A stretch of 64,000 nucleotides of DNA from Candidatus Woesebacteria bacterium GW2011_GWF1_31_35 (lineage in GTDB: Bacteria; Patescibacteriota; Microgenomatia; UBA8517), in the NCBI GenBank assembly GCA_001029755.1, contig CP011214.1, positions 1,754 to 65,753 of the forward strand, in the 5' to 3' direction. This document shows positions 19,566-30,449 of the stretch, piece after piece. Made by a program: the position numbers and the translations under genes. The number at the start of each line of letters is the position of its first letter. Position 1 is the first letter of the stretch. The notes beneath the pieces were generated by a model. The model had not been told where the DNA came from. It did not search any database and saw only the letters and a program-made list of their open reading frames with translations.

Positions 19566-20494
19566 CTACCTGAACCAAATCGATGAAGATAATAATCAGT
19601 TACACCTTTTTTCTGCCATTCACGACCTGTAAATAAAAGTCTAATGCTATCTCTTAAAAGTGCAAACTTAGTCCTTAAACTTGAGTATCGAGATCCAAAG
19701 ATAAGTCTATTTCTAATTAAAAAATAATCATTTGAAGGACTTCCGGAATTTCCTGTACTTACTGAAACCATATGCCAAAGCTTTGTTTCTGGAGTATAGA
19801 CTACTCTGAAACCAGCTTTTTTAACTTGTTCTGAATAATCTGCATCTTCCCAATAAAGAAAAAATGTTTCATCCATTGTTCCAATTTTTTTAATAACTTC
19901 TTTAGTAATTAACATACAAGCCCCATTTGCAAAGTCTGTATCTTCAATTTTTTCATATTGACCTTTATCTACTTCATCAACTCCCCTATGTGATGAGTAA
20001 ACATTGTTTCTATCTAAAATTCCTCCTGCATACCAAATCACTTTCCCTTTTTCACTTTCCTTGTATCTATCCTTATGAAATTCAAACCCTGGAGCAAAAT
20101 ACATCTTGGGGGAGATTAATCCTATGGTTTTGTCTTTCTCAGCTAAAGAAACAATTTTAGTTAAAATATCTTCAGATAAGATCAAATCATTGTTCATTAA
20201 AATTACATAGTCAGCTCCACGTTTTATTGCATCTTTAATTCCATAATTATTTCCCCCAGCAAAACCCTTATTTGACCCAGTCTCGATAAATTTATAACCC
20301 ATATTGGAAAGTGTGTATTTTGAAAGTTCCTCTATAGTTTCATCCGTCGAACCATTATCAACAATAATCGTTTCAGCAATTAAACCTTTTGTATCAAGCT
20401 TGGATACATCTTTAAGTTGATCTTTAGTCATCTTGAGGGCATTCCAAGTTAAGATTACTATCGATACTTTAGGGATTTTGTTATTTTTAGCCAT
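19544..20494 (-). CDS. GT2 family glycosyltransferase
   Basis: It carries VSIVILTWNALKMT...IIVDNGSTDET...GFAGGNNYG...ILMNNDLIL. Confidence 0.8.
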   Translation of the reverse strand: MAKNNKIPKVSIVILTWNALKMTKDQLKDVSKLDTKGLIAETIIVDNGSTDETIEELSKYTLSNMGYKFIETGSNKGFAGGNNYGIKDAIKRGADYVILMNNDLILSEDILTKIVSLAEKDKTIGLISPKMYFAPGFEFHKDRYKESEKGKVIWYAGGILDRNNVYSSHRGVDEVDKGQYEKIEDTDFANGACMLITKEVIKKIGTMDETFFLYWEDADYSEQVKKAGFRVVYTPETKLWHMVSVSTGNSGSPSNDYFLIRNRLIFGSRYSSLRTKFALLRDSIRLLFTGREWQKKGVTDYYLHRFGSGRWLNSKK

Positions 20495-21369
20495 AATTTT
20501 TTAAAAAAGTTGGTACTTTCTAATATTTTTGAATTAATTATCCACCAAGAAAAATCTTTGTAAGATTTTTCAAATATTTCATGAACTTCGGTGATATCTA
20601 GTTTTTTCTTTTTAAAATCCTGTTTTTGCCACAGTTTTGAATAAAGAACGATTTCTGAAAATGCCTGTAATAGAGAAAGGTTTAACCCATGAAGACCATC
20701 TTTAAAGCCTTCCTCTGCAAAATATCTTCTTAAAAATTCTGCAGTTGGTTTAATTATTAAATCTTTCCAAGAAAACTCCACTCCTTTTTTATTTAATTCT
20801 CTTGCCTGAATGGTAGTATATCTATTCATCCTTGTAATATATTCTTCCAATGATGAATAGGTCTTATGTTTAATTGCTAATTCCTCACTACAGTCAATAT
20901 CCATGCCTTTCCCAGAAGTTACGGGGACAGAATGAATTATTTCGTTCCAAGAAACAGTTCCTTTTTTAAAAAACCTAATATTAAGGTCAGGCCACCAACC
21001 AGTATGCTTCATCCATTTACCAAAAATTATGTTACGACGAGGAATTCTATAGAAATTGGCCTGTGGCTCTTTAATTTCATTTTTAAGATAAATTTTTAAT
21101 GTTTCAGGTATTTCTTCATCAGCGTCTAAAATAAAAACCCATTCATACTTAGCCTTCTCAATTGCAAAATTTCTAGCAGGCTCAACATAACCTATTTTTT
21201 TATGCTTAAATACTCTTGCTTTAAATTTTTTAGCAATTTCTCTAGTTTGATCCGTTGACATCATGTCAACCACTACAATCTCATTTGCAAAGCCTTTTAG
21301 AGAAGAAAGGGCACGAGATAGCCTCTTTTCCTCATTATAAGTGTTAACTACGACAGAAATCTTAGCCAT
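20458..21369 (-). CDS. GT2 family glycosyltransferase
   Basis: It carries ISVVVNTYNEEKRLSRAL...VVVDMMSTDQT...ILDADEEI. Confidence 0.75.
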   Translation of the reverse strand: MAKISVVVNTYNEEKRLSRALSSLKGFANEIVVVDMMSTDQTREIAKKFKARVFKHKKIGYVEPARNFAIEKAKYEWVFILDADEEIPETLKIYLKNEIKEPQANFYRIPRRNIIFGKWMKHTGWWPDLNIRFFKKGTVSWNEIIHSVPVTSGKGMDIDCSEELAIKHKTYSSLEEYITRMNRYTTIQARELNKKGVEFSWKDLIIKPTAEFLRRYFAEEGFKDGLHGLNLSLLQAFSEIVLYSKLWQKQDFKKKKLDITEVHEIFEKSYKDFSWWIINSKILESTNFFKKLWLKITKSLKYR

Positions 21370-21397
21370 ACCCTTAATTGTATCAAAGAAGCCAAAA

Positions 21398-23008
21398 CTA
21401 TTCGACTTGGAATATATCTACAGAAGAATTTTCAAATATTTTAGTTATACCCAATTGTCCTTCTCCATAGAATGCCCTTTGGCCCTTTAACCAGTAAACA
21501 TATTTAATATTATTTACTTTTAAAAAGTTTTTAGCTTTTACTAAATCGGTTTCTTTATACCAACCTTGAATTTCTAAAAGTCTTTCTTTCCAGTTATATC
21601 CTAATATATCTAAATTGACTTCATCTTCTAAAGATACAGGTTTATTTGTATAGGCTGAAACATATGATGTTGAATCATATAAATAAAGTGGTCTTGGAGG
21701 GTTATTTATTGCATCTTTGGCTTTTTGACTATCAAAAGGATAAGTTAAAACAACACCAGTCGGTTTTTCTCTTAAATAACTTAAAGCAGAAAGTTCTTCT
21801 GGAGAAACTTTGGCAGGAGGTCTATTTGGAATATAAACATCTTTTAATGTTAAAAGGGTTGTTGGAATAGTTAAAAGAATAATTACTAACACAATATACT
21901 TTTTAGCTTTTGAGAGAACTATTCCAGATAAAATACTTGAAAAGAATAAAGAATAGTAAAAAAATTGAATAGTATTCCATGGAGTTCCCTTTTGCACAAA
22001 GAATGTAGGTATTAAAATACCGGCTAAAATAACGGAATAGAAAAATAGATCCATTTTCGTTAATTTAATTTTTCGTTTTAGTAGATTAAATAGAAAAATT
22101 ATTCTAGTTCCAAAATTTCCAACAATAAAAATTGTAAATGCTAAACCATAAGCTAAAATTCCTTTAATCCAAATATGTCCGGTTTTATATGTTGTCATTG
22201 CAGAATAAAATTTATCCCAACCTAATCTATCACTATAACTGGCCATTGTTTCTAAAAACCAAAATGGTTGCCAGGAAATCGAAGAAGTAGCTTCTTTATT
22301 AAAAGGAATAAATATTAAACTTGATATTAATAATGCTCCTATAAATATTTGAAAATAACCAGAAACAAGTAATGCTCCTAATACTAATAGCCCAGCATAA
22401 ACTTTAATTTGAATCAAAAGTCCAAAAAAAACAATTGCAAGTATTTTTTTATCTTTCAAAATAGCAATTAATCCTAATAAAATAAATATTAAAGACAGGG
22501 CAAACGGAGGATTTATTAAAGTTGAAATCCCTTGTTGTGACCAAAATGTTGATTCCCCTTTTCCTAAAATCCAAGATAAAGATCCGCCGAAATATACAAA
22601 GAACATTGAAAGAGTAGCCGATAACTTATTTTTTATCCAAATATTCACAAACTTATAAGTCAAAAGTCCAATTAATAATGCAAAAATTGGTGGAAGAATT
22701 TGAAAATATATTAAACTTATCGGAATTTTGGTTAATTTATTTATCAATACCAAAAGTAAATCAAAACCTATATGATAATTTTTTAAAAGCTCTCCAGAAA
22801 AAACAGAGTTTTCGAATGAACCTCTCGCTAAACCTTGGGAAAGAGCAATATGCCAAATTCCATCATGTCCATTTGGCCCCCAAAAACCTTGACCGAAGGA
22901 ATAATTAAGGCCACTTTTAACCATTGTCAAAGACAATGATAAAGATCCTAACAAAAGAATTGTTAGAAATAATATATTTCTTTTAATTTTCTGGCCAATA
23001 GTTTCCAT
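21398..23008 (-). CDS. Polytopic membrane protein with C-terminal extracytoplasmic domain, GT-C-like
   Basis: It is 536 aa with at least 10 hydrophobic helices followed by a roughly 150 aa soluble tail. No family-level motif is certain. Confidence 0.4.
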   Translation of the reverse strand: METIGQKIKRNILFLTILLLGSLSLSLTMVKSGLNYSFGQGFWGPNGHDGIWHIALSQGLARGSFENSVFSGELLKNYHIGFDLLLVLINKLTKIPISLIYFQILPPIFALLIGLLTYKFVNIWIKNKLSATLSMFFVYFGGSLSWILGKGESTFWSQQGISTLINPPFALSLIFILLGLIAILKDKKILAIVFFGLLIQIKVYAGLLVLGALLVSGYFQIFIGALLISSLIFIPFNKEATSSISWQPFWFLETMASYSDRLGWDKFYSAMTTYKTGHIWIKGILAYGLAFTIFIVGNFGTRIIFLFNLLKRKIKLTKMDLFFYSVILAGILIPTFFVQKGTPWNTIQFFYYSLFFSSILSGIVLSKAKKYIVLVIILLTIPTTLLTLKDVYIPNRPPAKVSPEELSALSYLREKPTGVVLTYPFDSQKAKDAINNPPRPLYLYDSTSYVSAYTNKPVSLEDEVNLDILGYNWKERLLEIQGWYKETDLVKAKNFLKVNNIKYVYWLKGQRAFYGEGQLGITKIFENSSVDIFQVE

Positions 23009-24638
23009 TTAAGTTAATTTTACTTGGTTCTTCATTCCATTCCAATCTTTTTGGAAGTGGACCAAATTGTTTTTCATTAAAATCAACTAAAATAATTGCA
23101 GGAAGACCATCTTTGTATCTAAAAACTTCAATAATTCTTCCCGCTTTCGGTACTTTATAACCAAAACAAACGTAAAGAGTGTTTTTTTGTCCAGTTGGAG
23201 GGCAATCATATGGCATGTTAAATATTAGTTTTTCAAATATGCCTTTTTTATTTATAAAATCGTTAGGATTTTCTTTTCCATAAAATAAAAATGGAACATA
23301 ATGACCTCTTGAAACAACAATCTTTTGATATCTATCTTTATAAGTTTTGTTAATAGATAAAACCATTTCTTTAAGTCCCACATCATTGTTCCACGGATGA
23401 TGATAAATTTTATGAACCGTGTATTGGTGAAAGAAAAAAATAAAATTACCAACATATAAAAACGCCAAGATTCCGATTACATATTTTTTGAACTTTTTTT
23501 GTTCAAATAAAAATCCAAAACCTACTCCGATTATTAGCGACAATGCATAAACCAAAAATACAGACCTTGTTATACTTCTTACTCCAACTATTGTTGCTGA
23601 AGCAAGTGGAGCCGAAAAAAGCATAATAAATGGCACTAAAATTAATTTATTTTTCTTAAGTTTTGAAAAAGCGTAAATTGAAATTAATAAAATTGGCAAT
23701 TCAATTAAAAAGATAAGACCTACTTTTGGTATCGAATGTCTTTCAGATGTAATACTTGTTTCCAAAAATAAAAAACTTGGATCAAAATATGAAAAGTATC
23801 TATTTGCAAAATCAAGGGAAAAAGAAGTAATTTTATTATGAATAATACGAGTAAGTAATAAATTAGTTCCAGCACTATTGTCTTCGGCTGCGTTTTCAAA
23901 AAGAGCTGGTTTATCTATAATTGTTAATATACTCTGAGACCTAGCTCTAGACTCAACAGGAACAAAAGAAATTATTACTGTAGTAAGTACTATTCCAAGA
24001 AGCATTAACAATTTTTTTGAAAACTGTCTATATAAAATAATTGTTAAAGTTAAAAATATTACAGGGATTAATATTCTATATGCTTGATATGAAAAAATTG
24101 CCAAAACAAATGGAACTAATGTTAATATGAAATTTCTAATATTTTTAGACTTAATAAATTTTAAGAAAAATGTTATTGCAAGAACTGTAAAAAACGCTCC
24201 CATTATGTTGCCATAGGAAACTCTAGAAAAATGAATGTGTGTTGGGTTAATTGCCAAAACAAAAGATGAAGCTAGTGCATAGGTTTTATTATTAAATATA
24301 GTCAGCGCTAAAAAATATATTGCTATTATTGATAAAGCACCGAAGACGGCAGAAGGAAATCTTGTAGTAAAAGTGTTTAACCCAAAAATTTTAACTATTG
24401 GGGCTACTGCATATGAATAAAGTCCATATTTATAATCCCCCACAGATTTAAAATAAATTGGAAATTTATTCCCATATTCATCTACACCAAAATTTGAAAG
24501 AGAATAACCATAATAACCTAAAGCCATTTCATCTTCATCAATTGCTTCAGGGTAAGTTTCCAGTTTCCAAAGTCGAAAAAATAGAGCTAGTAAAAATATT
24601 AATATTAAAATCCAATTTTTTTTCACTTTTGTCCCCAT
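22983..24638 (-). CDS. GT39/PMT/ArnT-like GT-C membrane glycosyltransferase (paralog 7)
   Basis: It carries IDEDEMALGYYGYSLSNFGVDEYGNKFPIYFKSVGDYKYGLYSY. Confidence 0.8.
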   Translation of the reverse strand: MGTKVKKNWILILIFLLALFFRLWKLETYPEAIDEDEMALGYYGYSLSNFGVDEYGNKFPIYFKSVGDYKYGLYSYAVAPIVKIFGLNTFTTRFPSAVFGALSIIAIYFLALTIFNNKTYALASSFVLAINPTHIHFSRVSYGNIMGAFFTVLAITFFLKFIKSKNIRNFILTLVPFVLAIFSYQAYRILIPVIFLTLTIILYRQFSKKLLMLLGIVLTTVIISFVPVESRARSQSILTIIDKPALFENAAEDNSAGTNLLLTRIIHNKITSFSLDFANRYFSYFDPSFLFLETSITSERHSIPKVGLIFLIELPILLISIYAFSKLKKNKLILVPFIMLFSAPLASATIVGVRSITRSVFLVYALSLIIGVGFGFLFEQKKFKKYVIGILAFLYVGNFIFFFHQYTVHKIYHHPWNNDVGLKEMVLSINKTYKDRYQKIVVSRGHYVPFLFYGKENPNDFINKKGIFEKLIFNMPYDCPPTGQKNTLYVCFGYKVPKAGRIIEVFRYKDGLPAIILVDFNEKQFGPLPKRLEWNEEPSKINLNGNYWPEN

Positions 24639-25519
24639 GCTTCAATTTCTCCTGTATATGCCTTAAAGGCAAAATCCTTTAATTTACTTCCATTTATAAT
24701 TTTAAGTAAATTTTCAAAAATAAATGGAGAATAATATTTAAGTCTATTTAATACATATTCGATACTTAATACATTGTAAGTTTTTCTAGTTTCTATATTT
24801 TTAAAACCAGCTTTCTCTAAAATTAATCTTAAAGATTTCTGGGAAAAATACATGATATGTTCTCCTGGTTTATAGTGATACCACAAAGGTCCAAGTAATT
24901 TATGCCATAAACCCCCAACATCCGGTGTAACAACTAAAACTAAACCATCCTTTTTTAAAACTTTGTGAACTAATTTCATTTCTATTAAGGGATCTTTAAT
25001 ATGTTCTATGACGTCTTGATAAGTGACAGCGTTAAAAGAATTAGGTTTAATGGTAGTTTTATCTAAAGTAGAATTTATTACATCTAAACCTCTTTTTTTT
25101 GCAAAATCATATGCAAATTTAGAAACTTCTAAACCCATTATATTTTTCCAACCTAATTTTCTTGCCCCATCTAAACAATCTCCCAAAGCAGAACCAACAT
25201 CTAATAATAATTCTTTTTTACCCAATTTTTTATATAATTTATTTAATCTGTCTGAAAAAGTTTTTCTATTTACTTTCATTCCTTCAAAATAATTTGCATA
25301 ACCCCCTTTTGGATTTTCATTTTGAAAATATGATTTATCGTATTGAGCTATGATATTCTCTGCAGGGTAAAAATCCCAAACCATGCTGCACTCATTACAT
25401 TTTGCTAATTTGTAACCACTCATGGCCCAATACTCAGAAGAGTTATTGTTTCCACATATCGGACAGGTATGTTTAATTCGTTTTACCATTTTGTATCCAT
25501 CTAGTACAAAAATCATCAT
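24623..25519 (-). CDS. Class I SAM-dependent methyltransferase with N-terminal Cys4 zinc ribbon
   Basis: It carries CPICGNNNS...CNECSMVW, then LLDVGSALGDCL...FNAVTYQDVIEHIKDP. Confidence 0.75.
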   Translation of the reverse strand: MMIFVLDGYKMVKRIKHTCPICGNNNSSEYWAMSGYKLAKCNECSMVWDFYPAENIIAQYDKSYFQNENPKGGYANYFEGMKVNRKTFSDRLNKLYKKLGKKELLLDVGSALGDCLDGARKLGWKNIMGLEVSKFAYDFAKKRGLDVINSTLDKTTIKPNSFNAVTYQDVIEHIKDPLIEMKLVHKVLKKDGLVLVVTPDVGGLWHKLLGPLWYHYKPGEHIMYFSQKSLRLILEKAGFKNIETRKTYNVLSIEYVLNRLKYYSPFIFENLLKIINGSKLKDFAFKAYTGEIEAWGQK

Positions 25520-27224
25520 TATTCATTTTCTCTATATTATAGTCTGACACCAGATGATTTCTGCGATATGTTGTCAGATTAGATTCTTCGCACAATTTAT
25601 CGTTATAAATTCTAAAAACTACACCAGAATCACTTTGATTTTGTATAACTACATAATTTTTGCCATTAAAATTACAATTGACCTTACTATCGAACATATA
25701 CGTTCCTTCTAAACTAGTTATTGGACAATTTTTGATGATAATAATGTTCCCAACAAAATAACTGTCTTTTTCCTTTGATAGTAATTTTTCTGTTTCTAAT
25801 ATTTTGTTTGAATAAAACAAATATTCATTAAATATTGAATATGGAGACGTTGTCACAACTACAACCTTTTGATTTAAATTATTTCTGGCTAAATAACTTG
25901 CAACAATTCTACCATTTAAAAAATTATTATCCTGTTGTTTTACTGGATATCTAAAAAAATAAAAAATCAAGAAATTAACAAATAAAGAGAAATAAATTAG
26001 AAAAACTGATATTGTAATAATTGATTTGTAATTCTTTTTTAAATTTTTGTACATGTATGTTAAACCTAGAGAGATTAGAATAATTAAAGCAGGAATTAAT
26101 AAAAATCCTCTATAAAAAAATGAATCTCCATGAAGACTTAATGCGGGAGGTATAGAAGAAACAATAAAAAGAGTAATTAGTAATGGAATGAGTTTTTTAT
26201 AATTGCTAATTCCATATATTCCAATAACGATAAATAAAAGATCTAATACATATATTAAACCATGGTCTTCAAATGTATACATTCCTCTAGCATCACCCTT
26301 CCAAAATAGAAAATCTGATGAAATCCAAGACATATATTTTTTGGAAAACTCTAATAAAGTAACTGTATATTTATTTATTAATACGTTTTTTAATGGGTAA
26401 TCAATCGAGGCTCTTCTGTATTCATTAACCTTATCTGAAAAATAATCTGCATTTAAAATTAATATCTCATCTTGGCTTCTGGCAGAAAATGTATTGAGGT
26501 TCAACTTTTTAGATACCCCAAAATAAATTCCTGCAAAAAGTATAAAGGAAAGCAAAAAAAAGATATAGATTTTTATATTACGTTTATTATTAATAAAATA
26601 ATGTATTATCAAAAGGACAGGTACTAATAATAGTAGTAATGGTTTCGCCCCAAAATACGAATAAAATGCTCCAACAAAAAATAATAACGAATAGAAAATT
26701 TTATATCCTTTAAATTTAAATAAGAAATACATACCTACAATAATTAGTAATAAAGAAAAAGGTGCTTCAGTAGGAACTCTTGAATATGCAAACATCCATG
26801 GATTAATAAAACCTATTAACAGAGTAAATATAATAATTATTTTTTCTTTAGTTAATTCAAACACCAAAAGAGACAAAAATATAATAGTAATAACATTTAT
26901 TATTACAAAAGGAATCCTAATATTTGTCAGATTAAGTTTACTAAAATAATAAAGGGGTGAAATCATTATTGATGGTAAACCCGCAATCCCAGCTTTTGTA
27001 TTATTACCAAAAATCATAGTTTTCCAACCAGTACCAGAAGAGTCGACCCCAAATAAACCAATCGTTTTTGCACTTAATGAGACTTCAACTTGATCTGCAT
27101 CCATTCCACCTGGAAATCTATCAATCCAAGTAAATCTTAATATTAATGAAAACAGAATTATTAATAACGGTATTATTAATAACTTATTTTTTACTAAATA
27201 TTGTTTTAAAACTTTTTTTAACAT
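25473..27224 (-). CDS. Polytopic membrane protein with C-terminal soluble domain, GT-C-like
   Basis: It is 583 aa. The motif FPGGMDADQVE follows the first helix. It has many TM helices. Confidence 0.45.
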   Translation of the reverse strand: MLKKVLKQYLVKNKLLIIPLLIILFSLILRFTWIDRFPGGMDADQVEVSLSAKTIGLFGVDSSGTGWKTMIFGNNTKAGIAGLPSIMISPLYYFSKLNLTNIRIPFVIINVITIIFLSLLVFELTKEKIIIIFTLLIGFINPWMFAYSRVPTEAPFSLLLIIVGMYFLFKFKGYKIFYSLLFFVGAFYSYFGAKPLLLLLVPVLLIIHYFINNKRNIKIYIFFLLSFILFAGIYFGVSKKLNLNTFSARSQDEILILNADYFSDKVNEYRRASIDYPLKNVLINKYTVTLLEFSKKYMSWISSDFLFWKGDARGMYTFEDHGLIYVLDLLFIVIGIYGISNYKKLIPLLITLFIVSSIPPALSLHGDSFFYRGFLLIPALIILISLGLTYMYKNLKKNYKSIITISVFLIYFSLFVNFLIFYFFRYPVKQQDNNFLNGRIVASYLARNNLNQKVVVVTTSPYSIFNEYLFYSNKILETEKLLSKEKDSYFVGNIIIIKNCPITSLEGTYMFDSKVNCNFNGKNYVVIQNQSDSGVVFRIYNDKLCEESNLTTYRRNHLVSDYNIEKMNNDDFCTRWIQNGKTN

Positions 27225-28647
27225 CCTGAATTAAAGATAACCCCATCATTGATACCATGGAAGTAGAATAAACAATTAAACCTACAAGAGCTAAAGTAAG
27301 CATAGAATTAATATTTAATGGTAGGTATCTTCTGATAATCAAGAGTGTTATACCCATGACAAAGGATCCTACAATTGGTTTAATCATGGAATTCATAATT
27401 GAAAAATTTACATATTTTTTTGCAACAATAATTGCAACCACTGATGAAAAACCAACTAAAGAGTAGCCTACTGATGCTCCAATTACTGAATATTTAATAG
27501 CTAAAAATGGAATAAAGGCCCAGGTTAAAACTGTCCACATAATCATTAAGTAAAATGTTATTTTGATTTTTCCAATTGCATTTAAAAGATTTGTCAATTG
27601 AGTTGTAGCTGCAGCAAAAAGAAAGTTAATTGAAATAAAAATTAGAGGAACAAGTGCTGGAATCCATTGATTATATCTAGGAACTATCCTAACTAAGATT
27701 GGAGCTAAAATTACTATTCCAACTAAACTTGGAAAAACTAAAAGACAGATAAAAAATATTGACCTTGTTACACTTTTTTCAAGGTCGGTTTTATGATCCT
27801 GCATTCTTGAAAATGCAGGAAAAGTCACACGAGTCACCGTATCCATAAAAAAGGTCAAAGGAAGTCTTGCTAATTTTTGAGCAAAGGAAAGTATTCCAAT
27901 GCCAACTGGACCAATTATTCCCCCTAGTATAATTGTCATCCCATCATCTTTAAAGGTTGCTAGAAATGTATTAATTTGAAAAGGAATACCAAATTTGAAA
28001 AGCCCCTTTAAAGTGTTTTTTGAAAAAGCAAGACCAGGTTTCCATGGTTGAAGTGCATAAATTGCAACAAGTCCTACCAATCCTCTTAATATTACTGCAA
28101 CAGTAAAGCTTTTTAATCCAAAACCTTTCATTGCTAAAATTACTAAAACAACGTTATATACAATTTGTTCCAGAATTTGTGGAAACACTAATTTAACAAA
28201 TTCAAGTTTTCTTTCAAGCAAAATTGAGGGAATACTTTTTAAAGAAGAGAAAATAAGTGATAAAGAAAGAGCATAGAGAAGTATTTGTCCATCATGAGTA
28301 AGTGAGTATTTTTGTACAAAAAATGGAGTTAAAAGAAAAACTATTCCAATTATTGTAAAGATTAATATTTGTTGAACAAAAAAAGTTGTCTTTAAATCAG
28401 TTTCTGTGGGGGTTTCTTTTTTCTGGATCAGTGCCGCAGCCAAACCAATGTCAGAAAAATAGACCAAAAAATTAATTATTGCACTAACAATTGCAAAAAC
28501 TCCAAATTCATATCCACCTAAATAGGCAAATAGAAAAAACTGTGCAACAAGACCAATAATCTGAAGTAAAAACGTTCTGCCAGTTAAAATGACAACTCCA
28601 CGTACAGATCTTTCTTTAACTGTCTCAATGCCTATTTCTTCTTCCAC
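27184..28647 (-). CDS. Wzx-type oligosaccharide flippase (MOP superfamily, Polysacc_synt-like)
   Basis: It is 487 aa with about 12-14 TM helices. Its N-terminus RGVVILTGRTFLLQIIGLVAQFFLFAYLGGYEFGVFAIVSAIINFLVYFSDIGLAAALIQKKE is typical of Wzx/RfbX. Confidence 0.7.
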   Translation of the reverse strand: MEEEIGIETVKERSVRGVVILTGRTFLLQIIGLVAQFFLFAYLGGYEFGVFAIVSAIINFLVYFSDIGLAAALIQKKETPTETDLKTTFFVQQILIFTIIGIVFLLTPFFVQKYSLTHDGQILLYALSLSLIFSSLKSIPSILLERKLEFVKLVFPQILEQIVYNVVLVILAMKGFGLKSFTVAVILRGLVGLVAIYALQPWKPGLAFSKNTLKGLFKFGIPFQINTFLATFKDDGMTIILGGIIGPVGIGILSFAQKLARLPLTFFMDTVTRVTFPAFSRMQDHKTDLEKSVTRSIFFICLLVFPSLVGIVILAPILVRIVPRYNQWIPALVPLIFISINFLFAAATTQLTNLLNAIGKIKITFYLMIMWTVLTWAFIPFLAIKYSVIGASVGYSLVGFSSVVAIIVAKKYVNFSIMNSMIKPIVGSFVMGITLLIIRRYLPLNINSMLTLALVGLIVYSTSMVSMMGLSLIQDVKKSFKTIFSKK

Positions 28648-30449
28648 TTCTTAAATTGTAGCATTAAATAGGCTCCAAGTCCTAGCCACGAAACAAGAGA
28701 GATTAAATTTGAAACTGTCCTTACAGGAGTATTTACAAATTTAGCTTCAACTGAATGTTTCCCACTAGGAACCTCTATCCACATTCTTCCCCATGTTTCT
28801 TCTTTTGGTACAAAATAATCTACCTCTTTTCCATCTATATATACTTTCCAGCCTGGAAACTTAAATATATTAATTCTGACTATTGATCCTGTTGTTTCAA
28901 TTTTAAATTTTGCAAAATTAGTTTTTTCTTCTGTATTGGTAATTTCACCCATACCATTAACTATTTCAGCTACTACCTTTTGGGGTTCTTTAGGAGCCGT
29001 TTCAGCCCAAATAGGTAGGTAATCATAAATTCCTGCAGTTTGCTGCATATCCCAAGCTACTCCCGAAAGTTTTTCCTCATCAGTTAACTTGCCCAGTTTC
29101 CCATGCTCTGGTAGAAAATAGTTCCAATTAAATAATATTACAAAAAATATTAATGCCGAAAGAAAATATTTATTTTTTACAAAGATAGTAATTGCACCAG
29201 CTAAAAATGAGAATGAAAAAATAACTATAGTTAGAAATCTCCAAGGAAATTGAACTAAAGCCAAAGGTGAGACCAATTTATAAATTGGTGTTGATTTATT
29301 GTGTGTCATAAAAACAGCAAACCAACCAACCAAAAATAAAAACAGTATCAGGTAGTCAGTAGTTTTTAAATTTTTTAATTTTATTTTTTTGTTTTTAACT
29401 AGATAAAAACCAATAAGCCAAAGAGCTAGAATTACTAAGGTAATAACCCAATGAACATGGCCAACCTGAAAAGGCATTCCGTCATCCTTTACTCCCCAAA
29501 CAGAAGGACCATATCCCCAAAACCTGGTTATTAAAAGTTGTTTGATACTTACAAAATGTGCAATGTATTCATAGTATCCAGTAAGTTGGGATTTTACTTG
29601 TGTAAATTTATTTTCAAATATTGCAGGTAATGAAAAATAAGATGAAAGACCTAAAGCTAAAATTCCACTTATTATTAGCTTAGGAATTATTTTAAAATTT
29701 TTCTCTTTCCACATCCAAAGAAGACACCAAAACCCAAATATTGGTGTAAAAATAATAACCATCAAGTTATGTGTAATTAAAAGTCCAAACCAAGAAAGAG
29801 CAAGTAATATTAACCACTTAATAGTTTCGTTTTTTTTCTTACTAATTAACTTATATGAGTATAGAAATATTAACGGAAAGAAAATTAATGCCCAAGCCTC
29901 ATTCATTGCTCCTCTCACATAAACATCAACTGAGTGGTATGGTGCCCAAATATAAAAGATTGCTGAAATAATTCCACCAAAACGATCAAAAAATTGTTTT
30001 GCTAAATAATACATTCCAATACCACTTGCGATTAAAGATAGTGCAAAAGTTAGTTTTACAGTTACAATAAATGAAAACCCTAATAATCTAAATATCTCCC
30101 CCACTAGATAGGGAAGTGGTGGATAAAAATTATAAAGTGGAAATCCAAAACCATATCCCATATCTGGTACCCATCTACAAGGAATTTGGAAATCTTTAAA
30201 ACACTTCTCCATTTCAAGTTGTCTCATTATTTGAAGGTCATCATGCATATTAAAATAACCTTTTTGAAAAAGAAGAGTACGAGATGCTAATAATCCGGCG
30301 ATTAAAACTACCATTATAGCTAAAAATTCTTTTGATTTAAATAAATTTTTAATAAATTTCATAGAAAATAAATTATATACCCTGCCAAATAAGACCAATA
30401 CCATCAATTTCTTTGTAAGAGACAATTCCATCAAATCCAGCAGGGACAA
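28632..30449 (-). CDS. Polytopic membrane protein (YfhO/DUF2206-like, GT-C-like). An alternative start at 30362 (MKFIKNLF...) would remove the 77-bp overlap with the upstream gene
   Basis: It is 605 aa. The motif NMHDDLQIMRQLE follows the first helix, followed by W-PD-GYGFGFPLYNFYPPLPY. Confidence 0.4.
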   Translation of the reverse strand: MSLLDLMELSLTKKLMVLVLFGRVYNLFSMKFIKNLFKSKEFLAIMVVLIAGLLASRTLLFQKGYFNMHDDLQIMRQLEMEKCFKDFQIPCRWVPDMGYGFGFPLYNFYPPLPYLVGEIFRLLGFSFIVTVKLTFALSLIASGIGMYYLAKQFFDRFGGIISAIFYIWAPYHSVDVYVRGAMNEAWALIFFPLIFLYSYKLISKKKNETIKWLILLALSWFGLLITHNLMVIIFTPIFGFWCLLWMWKEKNFKIIPKLIISGILALGLSSYFSLPAIFENKFTQVKSQLTGYYEYIAHFVSIKQLLITRFWGYGPSVWGVKDDGMPFQVGHVHWVITLVILALWLIGFYLVKNKKIKLKNLKTTDYLILFLFLVGWFAVFMTHNKSTPIYKLVSPLALVQFPWRFLTIVIFSFSFLAGAITIFVKNKYFLSALIFFVILFNWNYFLPEHGKLGKLTDEEKLSGVAWDMQQTAGIYDYLPIWAETAPKEPQKVVAEIVNGMGEITNTEEKTNFAKFKIETTGSIVRINIFKFPGWKVYIDGKEVDYFVPKEETWGRMWIEVPSGKHSVEAKFVNTPVRTVSNLISLVSWLGLGAYLMLQFKKWKKK